This document shows positions 19,357-28,960 of a stretch of DNA of 64,000 bases, one piece after another. Under the pieces are notes generated by a model. That model did not search any database. It was not told the DNA's origin and worked only from the letters and a program-made list of their open reading frames with translations. Position 1 is the first letter of the stretch, and each line of letters opens with the position of its first letter. The DNA is taken from NCBI GenBank assembly GCA_002404865.1, contig DHKP01000007.1, positions 9,791 through 73,790 on the forward strand, written 5' to 3'. The translations under genes were made by a program, and so were the position numbers. Source of the DNA: Bacillales bacterium UBA4691. GTDB lineage: Bacteria; Bacillota_I; Bacilli_A; RFN20; CAG-826.

Positions 19357-21333
19357 ATGGCTTATCCAAAAAAGTATGATGATATCGATACCTTATCGGT
19401 GAATACCTTACGCGCTCTTGTTTTAGACATGATTGACAAGGCTAATAGCGGTCACCCAGGGATGGCTTTAGATATCGCTCCGACTCTTTATGTCCTCTAT
19501 CGCGATTATTTGACGGCCAATCCAAAACAAACCGATTGGTTTAATCGCGACCGTTTCATTTTAAGTTCAGGGCATAATAGTGCGCTTTTATATGCGTTGC
19601 TTCATTTGGCTGGATTTTCTTTATCGATCGATGATTTAAAGCGTTTTCGCCAATTAGGGTCATTAACGCCAGGTCACCCCGAGGTTAAATATACCCCAGG
19701 CATAGAAGCAACCGCAGGTCCATTAGGGCAAGGAATCGCTCAATCCGTAGGTTTTGCTCTTGCTGAAGAAGCAGTTGCCTCCCAATACAAAGAAGGGGAA
19801 AGGCTTTGTTCTCATTATACTTTCGTTTTATGTGGCGATGGTTGCTTAGAGGAAGGGATTAGCCAAGAAGCGATTAGCTTTGCTGGTTTACAAAAATTAG
19901 AGAAGCTCATTCTTATCTATGACCAAAACCAATCCACTTTGGACGGCCCGACTTCTTGGTCACTTAATGAAGACGAAAAGAAACGTTTTGAAGCGAGCGG
20001 CTGGAGAACATTAGAAGTAAAAGACGGAAACAACTTAATAGAAATCTCTAAGGCAATCAAAAAGGCCAAAAAGCCATGCGGGAAACCAACCATGATTTTG
20101 GTCCATACAGAAATTGGATATGGATCCCCATTAGCAGGTAGCCATAAAAGCCATGGCTCTCCTTTGGGAGAAGCGATGAGCAAGGAGACCAAAGATTTTT
20201 TCAATTATTCCCTATCTCCTTTTGAAATCGATCCAAGAGTCTATGATAGATTCAAAGAGACTTTCTGCGCGCGTGGCAAAAAAGCCTATAAAAAATACGA
20301 TAGAGATTTAAAGAATTATCAAAAGAAATACCCGGATGAATATCATAGGTTCCTTATTGCCTTAAAAGGAGATTTAAAAGACTATCTTTTAGAGGAACCT
20401 CACGAATTTAAAAATGAGGCAAGTCGCGCGACTAGCGGCCGTTTCTTAGTAAACGCTAACCAAAAGATTCCATTTTTAATGGGTGGAAGCGCGGATGTAG
20501 CAAGCAGTACGAAAACTTCTATTCCGCTTGATCCTGGCTTTAGCCCAGCTCATCATGAAGCAAGAAATATCAATTTCGGCATTCGCGAATTTGGAATGGC
20601 TAGCATCCAAAATGGAATGCTCCTTCACGGAGGGCTCAGAACTTATGTAGGAAGTTTCTTTGTCTTTATCGATTACATGCGCGCTGCAATCCGTATGTCA
20701 AGTTTAGAAAAATTGCCGGCGATTTATGTTCTTACTCACGATTCTTTAGCGGTAGGGGAAGATGGGCCAACACACGAACCGATTGAGCAGCTTGAATCGC
20801 TCCGTGCGCAGCCGCATCTAGTTGTTTTGCGCCCAGCTGACGCTAGGGAGACTTATGCTTCTTGGAATTACGCGCTAGCTAGCTTAGACACGCCTACTTG
20901 CCTTATCTTAAGCCGCCAGACCCTTCCTTTGATTTCTTCTTCAAGTAAAGAAGGGGTGAATCATGGGGCATATCTAGTGGAAAAATGTGATGAGCCAGCC
21001 TTAGAAGTCCTAGCTTCTGGTTCAGAAGTGAACTTGGCGGTTGAAACAAGCCGAGAATTAAAAAAGGAAGGAATCAACATTAGCGTCATTAGCGTCCCCT
21101 CATTCGAAATCCTTGAAAAGCAGCCTGAATCCTATAAAAAATGCCTTTTTTCTCTCCCTCGAGAAAAACGAGTTGGCTTAGAAATGGGGACAGCTACTAG
21201 CTATTATAAATATTGTGATTATGTTTACGGCTTACATGATTTCGGAGTCAGCGCTCCTTGTGAGCAAGCACTCGCTCATTACGGGTTTAATGTAGAAAGT
21301 TTTGCAAATTACTTGCGCAGCTTGCTTAAATAG
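19357..21333 (+). CDS. tkt: transketolase
   Basis: TPP-binding GHPG motif. 658 aa. Confidence 0.9.
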   Translation: MAYPKKYDDIDTLSVNTLRALVLDMIDKANSGHPGMALDIAPTLYVLYRDYLTANPKQTDWFNRDRFILSSGHNSALLYALLHLAGFSLSIDDLKRFRQLGSLTPGHPEVKYTPGIEATAGPLGQGIAQSVGFALAEEAVASQYKEGERLCSHYTFVLCGDGCLEEGISQEAISFAGLQKLEKLILIYDQNQSTLDGPTSWSLNEDEKKRFEASGWRTLEVKDGNNLIEISKAIKKAKKPCGKPTMILVHTEIGYGSPLAGSHKSHGSPLGEAMSKETKDFFNYSLSPFEIDPRVYDRFKETFCARGKKAYKKYDRDLKNYQKKYPDEYHRFLIALKGDLKDYLLEEPHEFKNEASRATSGRFLVNANQKIPFLMGGSADVASSTKTSIPLDPGFSPAHHEARNINFGIREFGMASIQNGMLLHGGLRTYVGSFFVFIDYMRAAIRMSSLEKLPAIYVLTHDSLAVGEDGPTHEPIEQLESLRAQPHLVVLRPADARETYASWNYALASLDTPTCLILSRQTLPLISSSSKEGVNHGAYLVEKCDEPALEVLASGSEVNLAVETSRELKKEGINISVISVPSFEILEKQPESYKKCLFSLPREKRVGLEMGTATSYYKYCDYVYGLHDFGVSAPCEQALAHYGFNVESFANYLRSLLK

Positions 21334-21348
21334 GGGATATTCATAATT

Positions 21349-21696
21349 ATGAGAAACGGATACGTTGAAATTAATAATTATACTTATCTTGGCGACATGG
21401 GAATCTCTCACCGCGTTTTCGAAACGATTGCCGTTAATGCTTGCAATCAAGTCAACGGCGTTTCGATTGATACGAGTAAAAAAAGAAAAGTCTATACCAT
21501 CGAGTTCTCTAAGCCCGTTCATGCGACGATCAGGAAAAACGGAAAAGTCGACATTAAGCTTGAAGTCATCTTAAAAAAAGGCGTCGATGTGAAGCGTGTT
21601 TGTAACGCAATAGAAGAGAATGTCTCCAATTCGATTCAAATGATGTGCGAGACCGTCCCCTTCAATGTCACGATTAATGTGAATGGATTCCATTAG
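21349..21696 (+). CDS. Asp23/Gls24 family alkaline-shock protein
   Basis: Asp23-family N-terminus YVEINNYTYLGDMGISHRVFETIA. Confidence 0.75.
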   Translation: MRNGYVEINNYTYLGDMGISHRVFETIAVNACNQVNGVSIDTSKKRKVYTIEFSKPVHATIRKNGKVDIKLEVILKKGVDVKRVCNAIEENVSNSIQMMCETVPFNVTINVNGFH

Positions 21697-21711
21697 CCAA
21701 AAGCAATGATA

Positions 21712-21736
21712 GCTCCCCTTATCGGGGGCTTTTTTG
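21712..21736 (+). terminator. rho-independent terminator
   Basis: GCTCCCC-ttatc-GGGGGC hairpin followed by TTTTTT. Confidence 0.75.
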
Positions 21737-21809
21737 AATAGTTTTTCGCTTTCAAGAGGGACTTATGGTAGAATGTCACGGCTTACAAAAGACAAGGAAG
21801 CATTGTTCT

Positions 21810-22238
21810 ATGGCAAATCAGCAAATCTCATCACGTAATCGTCAGCAAATCATCGCAATGAACGCTCTATATGACGTCTTAACCTATATGGATATGGGAG
21901 AGGAAATCGATATCGAAACGATTGTAAGCTCATTGTGTGATCTTCCTTATGAAAAATGCCCGATTTACGTCAAGCAAATCGTTTTAGCTGCAATCAAAAA
22001 CTTAGACGCGGAAATTTCTTTGTTAGAAAAAAATATGATTAAGTGGACTTTTGGACGTCTGAATCGCGTAGAGCAAGCCATATTGCTATTATCTTTGACT
22101 CATTATTTTTTTGTTGATAAAGAAATCGAGAAAGGTATCGTCATCAATGTGGCGATAAATCTCGCCAAAAATTACCTCGATGCGAAGGACTATAAATTTG
22201 TGAACGCGATTTTAGATAAGGTGCTTGTTCGTGAATAA
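21810..22238 (+). CDS. nusB: transcription antitermination factor NusB
   Basis: NusB fold (ALYDVL...RVEQAILLLS). The start is probably the MANQQ Met with RBS AAGGAAG. The track ORF begins at 21765. Confidence 0.8.
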   Translation: MANQQISSRNRQQIIAMNALYDVLTYMDMGEEIDIETIVSSLCDLPYEKCPIYVKQIVLAAIKNLDAEISLLEKNMIKWTFGRLNRVEQAILLLSLTHYFFVDKEIEKGIVINVAINLAKNYLDAKDYKFVNAILDKVLVRE

Positions 22239-23436
22239 ACCGCAAAAAAACTATTTATCCGTAACAGAAATCAATAGTCTCATTAAGGACACTCTGGAAG
22301 AGTCTTTTGATTATTGGTTAAAGGTTCGAGGCGAGATTTCTTCTTTTAAAATTTATCCTAGCGCGGTTTATTTCGATATCAAAGACGAGCGAAGCGTTTT
22401 AAATTGCATCATGTGGAATTCTACATACAAAGAACTCTCTTTTTCGCCAAAAATTGGTGATTTGATTGATTTAGAAGGAAAAATAAACGTATACGTCGCA
22501 AGAGGACGTTATTCTTTTATCGCTAGATCCCTTCTTCCAGCAGGGCAAGGAGATGCCTTATTAAAGTTAGAAAGACTAAAGAAAAAACTTGCCGATGAAG
22601 GCTTATTCGATGAAGCAAGGAAAAGGCCGATTAATCCATTTCCAAAAACAATCGGCATCATCTGCGCTAGAGGGAGCGCGGCTTTGAGTGACTTAATTAA
22701 AAACTTAGGTCGCAGATGGCCCTTAGCAGATATCGTATTTTTCCCTAGCCTAGTTCAAGGAGATGAAGCGCCTTCATCATTATTGAAAGCTTTTAGTCTT
22801 TCTCAGACTTATCCCTTAGACACCCTCATCGTTGCTAGAGGCGGCGGTTCAAACGAAGACTTAAGCGCCTTCAACGATGAAAAATTTGTTCGTGCCTTAG
22901 CAAATAGCAAAATGCCTACGATATCGGCGGTAGGTCACGAAATTGACGTTACTCTAGTGGATTACGTAAGCGACTTAAGAGTCTCGACTCCCACAGGAGC
23001 GGCAGAAGCGGCAACTCCTAACCAAGAAGATATCATGACCATGATTGCGGAAGAAGAAAAACGAATTCTCTTAACGATGGAAAGACTAATCAATCGGAGA
23101 CAAGAAAAAATTGAATTATTATCATCTCGTTCCTTCTTCTCTCGACCAATCGATTTATATAAGCCGATTGAGGAAAAAATCACTTCCTTAAAAGAAAGGC
23201 TAAATTCAGCTATCGCGAATGCCATAAAATTAAAGGAAGAAAAACTAAATTCGTTTAAAAAACACCTTTCCGCTATCAACCCATATGCCGTCTTGAATAG
23301 AGGATACGGAATCATCTATAACGAGAAGGGAACGATTGTGAGAAGCATCAACGAAGTAGGAAACGAGACTAGATTAAACCTAAAAGTCAAGGATGGTATA
23401 ATCTTAAGCAAAGTGGAGGGAACAGAGCATGAGTGA
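22225..23436 (+). CDS. xseA: exodeoxyribonuclease VII large subunit
   Basis: OB fold plus the XseA catalytic region. Overlaps xseB (ATGA type). Confidence 0.85.
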   Translation: MFVNKPQKNYLSVTEINSLIKDTLEESFDYWLKVRGEISSFKIYPSAVYFDIKDERSVLNCIMWNSTYKELSFSPKIGDLIDLEGKINVYVARGRYSFIARSLLPAGQGDALLKLERLKKKLADEGLFDEARKRPINPFPKTIGIICARGSAALSDLIKNLGRRWPLADIVFFPSLVQGDEAPSSLLKAFSLSQTYPLDTLIVARGGGSNEDLSAFNDEKFVRALANSKMPTISAVGHEIDVTLVDYVSDLRVSTPTGAAEAATPNQEDIMTMIAEEEKRILLTMERLINRRQEKIELLSSRSFFSRPIDLYKPIEEKITSLKERLNSAIANAIKLKEEKLNSFKKHLSAINPYAVLNRGYGIIYNEKGTIVRSINEVGNETRLNLKVKDGIILSKVEGTEHE

Positions 23437-23629
23437 AAAGACGGAAATGAGTTTCGAAGATAAACTAAAACGCTTAGAGGAAATTGTCGCCAAAATCGAA
23501 AGCGGTTCTCTCTCATTAGAAGAATCATTATCGCTATTTGAAGAAGGGGAAAAACTCATTAATGACCTTAACCTCACGTTGATTGACGCAAAGAAAAAGA
23601 TAGGGAAATATCTGACAATCGAAGGATAA
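23429..23629 (+). CDS. xseB: exodeoxyribonuclease VII small subunit
   Basis: 66 aa helical XseB (KLEEIVAKIESGSLSLEESL). Confidence 0.85.
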   Translation: MSEKTEMSFEDKLKRLEEIVAKIESGSLSLEESLSLFEEGEKLINDLNLTLIDAKKKIGKYLTIEG

Positions 23630-23652
23630 TATAGTAATTAATTAGTAGTTTT
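23628..23652 (+). repeat. 25-nt AT-rich motif AATATAGTAATTAATTAGTAGTTTT (copy 1, xseB-dxs junction)
   Basis: 22 of 25 nt identical to 30293-30317. Related partial copies at 30470-30490 and 39575-39597. Confidence 0.6.
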
Positions 23653-23666
23653 ATAGTTGTTTCACG

Positions 23667-25559
23667 ATGAAAAAAAGTATAGATAAAATCGAAATAACAT
23701 CATTAAAAGACCCTAATATCGTTAAAACGCTTAGTTACAAACAATTAGAGACGCTTTGTCACGATATTCGCCGGGAAATTATTTTAAAAACTTCTATTTA
23801 TGGCGGCCATCTATCTAGTAATCTCGGTGTCGTAGAATTAACGGTTGCTTTATACCGTTCCTTCAACTTCCCAACCGACAAATTAATCTTTGATGTTGGG
23901 CATCAATGCTACACTCATAAAATCTTAACAGGTCGTTGTTTGGACCACTTAAACGAAAGAGGCTACATCACTGGTTTCGAGAATAGAAAAGAGTCTATTT
24001 ATGATATCTATGAAGCAGGACATAGTTCTACTTCTCTCAGTGCGATTGAAGGCTTTGCGATCGCTAGAGACTTATCCTGCCAAAACTATAATGTGGTCGG
24101 AGTCATTGGCGATGCAAGCTTAGTAAACGGATTAGCGTTTGAAGCGCTGAACGATATCGGCTGTCGGGACCATAAAGTCATTATTGTGATAAACGATAAC
24201 GAGATGAGCATATCCGCTCCAACAGGAGCAATAGGGAAGATGTTCCGGAAGGTTTCCGTCAATCGTCTTTACAATGATATCAAACGTAGTTTCCACAAAT
24301 CGATGGTCTACAATAGCGGGCATGGAAAACGTATTCGTTCCATCTGGAGATTCATTAAATCCAAAATAAAAAGCATCCTTGTTCCTAACACATTATTCGA
24401 TAATATGGGATACACCTATATCGGGCCAGTGGACGGGCACAATATCAAAACGCTAGAAAAAGCTTTTAAAGAGGCTAAAACAACGACCAAATCCGCTATC
24501 GTTCATGTTCGCACGAGAAAAGGCAAAGGATATGGACCAGCCGAAAACGACAAAGTCGGTTATTGGCATGGGGTAACGCCTTTTGATATCGCGACGGGCA
24601 GGCCCTTAAAGAATTACGATGGCTTAAATTCTTGGAGTCATCATATGGGCGACTTGGTTCACCATGAAATGGCTACGCATCAAAAATGCGAGCTTATCGT
24701 ACCTGCAATGGTCAGAGGGAGCGGTTTGGAAGCTTGTTTTGATGATTTCCCAATGCGTTCGATTGACGTAGGCATTGCCGAAGAACACGCGTTAACGATG
24801 GCTGGCGCTATGTCTTTAGAAGGGATTCACCCAATTGTTACCATCTATTCCACTTTCTTGCAGCGCGCTTACGATGAATTGCTTCATGATTGCGCGAGAA
24901 TGAATACCGACTTAAGTCTTCTTATCGATAGGGCTGGATTAGTCGGATTAAACGGGGCAACCCATCAAGGAATTTATGACGAAGCCTTTTTGAATAGCAT
25001 CCCTAACGTAACATTATCGATGCCTAGCACTTACGAAATCGCCAAGAAATTGCTTAGTGAGTCTTTAAAAGAAGGAAATGGAGTTTACGCTATTCGTTAT
25101 CCGCATTCGGTGATGAATAACGAACAAGAGAATTGGCATGACGAAGGTCTATCTATCGAAGAAAAGAAATGGCTAATCCGCAAAGAAATCATCGAAAGGG
25201 GCATAAACGTCATTACAGTGGGACCTCTAGGATTTGATCTTTTCCAAAAGTGCAAAGATCTTCCCATTGGTTTTATTGACGCGATATTTTTGAATCCTCT
25301 CGATTCATCAGCTATATCAAAGCTAATCAATAGCGCTCATATCATCATATATGACCCCTATGGGAGCAAAAACGGATTTATAACCCTATTAGAAGCATCT
25401 TTGCTCGAAAAAGGATACAAAGGGGAGATTTCTGCTTTTAGCGTTCCTAACGCTTTCGTGGAACATGCAAGTTTTGATGAACAGCTATCTTCTTATGGGC
25501 TATCGCTAGATGAGATGCGCCAGTTTTTAGAAAAGGCAATTCAAGCAAGCGAAATCTAA
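23667..25559 (+). CDS. dxs: 1-deoxy-D-xylulose-5-phosphate synthase
   Basis: GGHLSSNLGVVELTVALY TPP motif. Follows xseB as in Bacillus. No obvious SD. Confidence 0.9.
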   Translation: MKKSIDKIEITSLKDPNIVKTLSYKQLETLCHDIRREIILKTSIYGGHLSSNLGVVELTVALYRSFNFPTDKLIFDVGHQCYTHKILTGRCLDHLNERGYITGFENRKESIYDIYEAGHSSTSLSAIEGFAIARDLSCQNYNVVGVIGDASLVNGLAFEALNDIGCRDHKVIIVINDNEMSISAPTGAIGKMFRKVSVNRLYNDIKRSFHKSMVYNSGHGKRIRSIWRFIKSKIKSILVPNTLFDNMGYTYIGPVDGHNIKTLEKAFKEAKTTTKSAIVHVRTRKGKGYGPAENDKVGYWHGVTPFDIATGRPLKNYDGLNSWSHHMGDLVHHEMATHQKCELIVPAMVRGSGLEACFDDFPMRSIDVGIAEEHALTMAGAMSLEGIHPIVTIYSTFLQRAYDELLHDCARMNTDLSLLIDRAGLVGLNGATHQGIYDEAFLNSIPNVTLSMPSTYEIAKKLLSESLKEGNGVYAIRYPHSVMNNEQENWHDEGLSIEEKKWLIRKEIIERGINVITVGPLGFDLFQKCKDLPIGFIDAIFLNPLDSSAISKLINSAHIIIYDPYGSKNGFITLLEASLLEKGYKGEISAFSVPNAFVEHASFDEQLSSYGLSLDEMRQFLEKAIQASEI

Positions 25560-25598
25560 ATTCTTAACAAGAATTCGCACTTACTATAAAATCCTCGT

Positions 25599-26792
25599 AT
25601 GGCAAAAATCATCATGCACATCGATTTGAACGCTTTCTTTGCTACCGCGGAAGAGGCGAGGAACCCTGCCTTAAGAGGAAAGCCGATTATTGTTGGTCAT
25701 CCTGGGAGAAGAGGCGTTGTCTCTACTGCGAATTATGAAGCGAGGAAATACGGTATCCATAGCGCTATGCCAACCTACGAAGCATTACAACGTTGTCCCT
25801 CCTTGGTTATCGTTCCATGCGATTTTCAATATTATGAAATGCTCTCGAATTCCTTCTTTGCTTTTTTAAGGCGTATCACTCCTTTAGTGGAACCAGCAAG
25901 CATTGATGAAGGCTATGTGGATATGACCTCGATTTTGAGCAAGGAAAAAAGCCCTCTATCGTACTTAAAGAAATTACAAAACGACATTTTGAAAGAGCTT
26001 GATCTTAAATGTTCTATTGGTATTGCAACAACAAAATTTCTCGCTAAGATGGCTAGCGATATGAAAAAACCAATGGGGATAACGATATTGCGGAAAAAGG
26101 ATTTGCCTATTTTGCTATATCCGCTCCCCATTGAATCGTTTTGGGGAATAGGAAGGAAAACTGCCCCAAGATTAAAAGCATTAGGTATAGAAACGATTGG
26201 TGACTTTAAAAAGAGGAGCGACGAAAATGATAAAAGTCTCATGGATACCCTTGGCAAATTCTATCTAACTGCCAAAGCTTGGGTGAACGGGGAGGGAAAC
26301 GATAAAGTGGATCCGACTCCATACGACCCAAAAAGCATCGGGAGAAGCGAAACGTTCCCTTCTGACACGAACGACTATGAAGAAATCGTCTATAAAATTC
26401 AAGAATTATCTAGAGAAGTGAGCGCATCAGCAGAGCGAGAAGGAAAAAAAGGAAAAACCATATCTCTCGTTATTAAAGATAGCAACTTTCATTCTCACGA
26501 TAAAAGCATTACGAGTAAGCTTGCCACGAATGATTTCGATGACATTTTTGACAATGCATTAGATTTATACGAGAAGAATTTCCTAGGACGCGTTATTCGC
26601 CTTGTTGGTGTTTCATTGTCTTCCCTAATCGATCCAAAAGAGGAAACGGTGCAAATGTCATTTTGGAATTATGACGAATACGAAAAAATGGATAGGACAA
26701 AACTTCTCATTAACGACTTTAACCGGCGATTAAAGGGGGATTTTCTTTTTTCGGCGAGAAAGGTTAAGAAAAATGGAAATCAAAAGTGCTGA
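25599..26792 (+). CDS. dinB: DNA polymerase IV (Y-family)
   Basis: N-terminal MHIDLNAFFATAE, the UmuC/DinB palm. Confidence 0.85.
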   Translation: MAKIIMHIDLNAFFATAEEARNPALRGKPIIVGHPGRRGVVSTANYEARKYGIHSAMPTYEALQRCPSLVIVPCDFQYYEMLSNSFFAFLRRITPLVEPASIDEGYVDMTSILSKEKSPLSYLKKLQNDILKELDLKCSIGIATTKFLAKMASDMKKPMGITILRKKDLPILLYPLPIESFWGIGRKTAPRLKALGIETIGDFKKRSDENDKSLMDTLGKFYLTAKAWVNGEGNDKVDPTPYDPKSIGRSETFPSDTNDYEEIVYKIQELSREVSASAEREGKKGKTISLVIKDSNFHSHDKSITSKLATNDFDDIFDNALDLYEKNFLGRVIRLVGVSLSSLIDPKEETVQMSFWNYDEYEKMDRTKLLINDFNRRLKGDFLFSARKVKKNGNQKC

Positions 26793-27660
26793 GGCTTTGT
26801 TCTTCCGCTATTTATTAACGGAAAAAGGGTTATCGGAAAAAACAATAAAAAACTACGAGGACGATTTTAAAAAATTCCATTCTTACGAGACTTTCGCTTC
26901 AAAAAAGGACACGTCCGATTTATCGGCTTCCGACTTAACGGATTTCATGTTGCTTCAAGAACAAGACGGTTTAAGCATCCCGACCATTTTAAGGCGCTTT
27001 TCGTCCACCAGGAGTTTCTATTGCTTTTTGAACGAAGAAGGAATCGCTTCCATCGATCTCCCCCATATTGACACTCCGAAAAAAACCAAAAGGATTCCCG
27101 TAGTTCTATTAGAAGAACAAGTAGATGCTCTTTTAGAAGCGCCTGATCTAACAAAAGATTCAGGAATCCGCGACCGAGCCATGCTAGAAGTGATGTATGG
27201 AAGTGGGCTCCGTGTCAGCGAGTTAGTTTCTTTAAAACTAAAAAACATCAATTTTGTGAATGGTTTCTTCGAAATTATCGGCAAAGGGGATAAACAGAGA
27301 TTCGTCCCCATGAGCTCATTCTCGAAAAAATATCTTCAAAAATATCTCGATGGCCCTAGGAAACGTTATGAAAAAAAGCCAACGCAATATGTTTTTTTAA
27401 ATCGAAGCGGCACTCCTTTAAGCCGAGTGTATTTCTTTAAGCAAGTGAAAAAATATGCCTCAGAAATCGGCATCGATGAGCCGATATCACCGCATACGTT
27501 ACGGCACTGTTTCGCAACGCACTTGCTAGAGCGGGGGGCGGAACTAAGAATGGTGCAAGAAATGTTAGGGCATAGCAAAATATCGACAACAGAAATTTAT
27601 ACCTCGGTATCCGCTAGACGAATCATGAGTGCATATGAACAATTTGCGAAACGCAAGTAG
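26773..27660 (+). CDS. xerD: tyrosine site-specific recombinase XerD-like
   Basis: R..HxxR..Y catalytic residues (HTLRHCFATHLL...TEIYT). Synteny with deoB matches B. subtilis ripX-drm. Confidence 0.75.
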   Translation: MEIKSAEALFFRYLLTEKGLSEKTIKNYEDDFKKFHSYETFASKKDTSDLSASDLTDFMLLQEQDGLSIPTILRRFSSTRSFYCFLNEEGIASIDLPHIDTPKKTKRIPVVLLEEQVDALLEAPDLTKDSGIRDRAMLEVMYGSGLRVSELVSLKLKNINFVNGFFEIIGKGDKQRFVPMSSFSKKYLQKYLDGPRKRYEKKPTQYVFLNRSGTPLSRVYFFKQVKKYASEIGIDEPISPHTLRHCFATHLLERGAELRMVQEMLGHSKISTTEIYTSVSARRIMSAYEQFAKRK

Positions 27661-27699
27661 TATAATTTTGGTAATAGTTAAATAAATGAAGGAGAGAAC

Positions 27700-28902
27700 A
27701 TGGATTATCAAAAATTCAAAAGAATATTTCTCATCGTTGCTGATAGCGCGGGGATTGGGGAAGAACCTGATGCCGCGAATTTTGGAGATGTAGGAACGAA
27801 TACATGGGTTCACGCCGCGGAGTCGGTAGGAGGAATCCACGTTCCGAATATGGAAAAACTCGGAATTGGGGAACTAGCCTCCATTCCAGGGGTTAAGCCC
27901 ATTCATTCTCATACTCATTCCTTTTCCTTAAGGCTAAAAGAAGCGAGCAACGGGAAAGACACCATGACTGGCCACTGGGAGATGATGGGCGTTAAAACAA
28001 CCAAGCCTTTCAAAACATTCACAGAGCATGGTTTTCCAGCCACGCTCATTCAAGAATTAGAAAAACGAACTGGGCATAAAGTCATTGGCAATTGCGCCGC
28101 GAGTGGCACAGAGATCCTCAAAGTTCTAGGTGAAGAACAAATGAAGGAAAACTCCCTCATAGTTTATACTTCCGCCGATAGCGTCCTTCAAATCGCTGCA
28201 CACGAGCAAGTGACTGGGCTTAATGAACTGTATCGATGCTGCGAAATCGCTCGTGAGCTATGTATGAAAGAAGAATGGAGAGTCGGCAGAGTAATCGCTC
28301 GCCCTTATTTAGGTGACAATCCATCTAATTTTAAGCGGACGAGTAATCGTCACGATTATGCCTTAAAGCCGCCACATGAAACGGATATGAACACGTTGAT
28401 GGATCATGGCTATATGACCTCTTGCATTGGCAAAATCAGCGATATTTTCGATGGCTATGGCGTCACAAAAACAGTGCACACCATTTCAAACGAAGATGGC
28501 ATGGATAAAACTATCGAACAAGTAAAACATGGCAATTATACGGGTCTATGCTTTGTCAATTTGGTTGAATTCGATAGCGAATACGGGCATCGTCGCAATC
28601 CAGTTGGCTACGCTAGGGCGTTAGAAGCCTTTGATAAACGCGTTGGCGAAATGATTGAAGCGATGAACGACAATGATTTGCTTATGATTACGGCAGATCA
28701 CGGAAACGACCCCACTCATACAGGAACCGATCACACAAGAGAAAAAGTACCTCTTTTAATGTATAGCAAATCAATTAAAAACGGTAGTTATCTCGAAGAA
28801 CGAGACAACTTCGGCGACATCGGCGCTTCTATCTTAAAAAATTATAATTTAAAAAAACGCAACAATCTTATTGGTGAACCAATCGAAGAATTGTTCTTCT
28901 AA
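27700..28902 (+). CDS. deoB: phosphopentomutase
   Basis: Alkaline-phosphatase-like metal-binding N-terminus LIVADSAGIG. Confidence 0.9.
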   Translation: MDYQKFKRIFLIVADSAGIGEEPDAANFGDVGTNTWVHAAESVGGIHVPNMEKLGIGELASIPGVKPIHSHTHSFSLRLKEASNGKDTMTGHWEMMGVKTTKPFKTFTEHGFPATLIQELEKRTGHKVIGNCAASGTEILKVLGEEQMKENSLIVYTSADSVLQIAAHEQVTGLNELYRCCEIARELCMKEEWRVGRVIARPYLGDNPSNFKRTSNRHDYALKPPHETDMNTLMDHGYMTSCIGKISDIFDGYGVTKTVHTISNEDGMDKTIEQVKHGNYTGLCFVNLVEFDSEYGHRRNPVGYARALEAFDKRVGEMIEAMNDNDLLMITADHGNDPTHTGTDHTREKVPLLMYSKSIKNGSYLEERDNFGDIGASILKNYNLKKRNNLIGEPIEELFF

Positions 28903-28922
28903 GTTTTTAAAAGGCTTATCGG

Positions 28923-28960
28923 AACGTTTGGCGGTAGTAGGAACTATCGCCTTTTTATTT
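28923..28960 (+). terminator. rho-independent terminator after deoB
   Basis: GGCGGTAGT-AGGA-ACTATCGCC hairpin followed by TTTTTATTTTT. Confidence 0.75.
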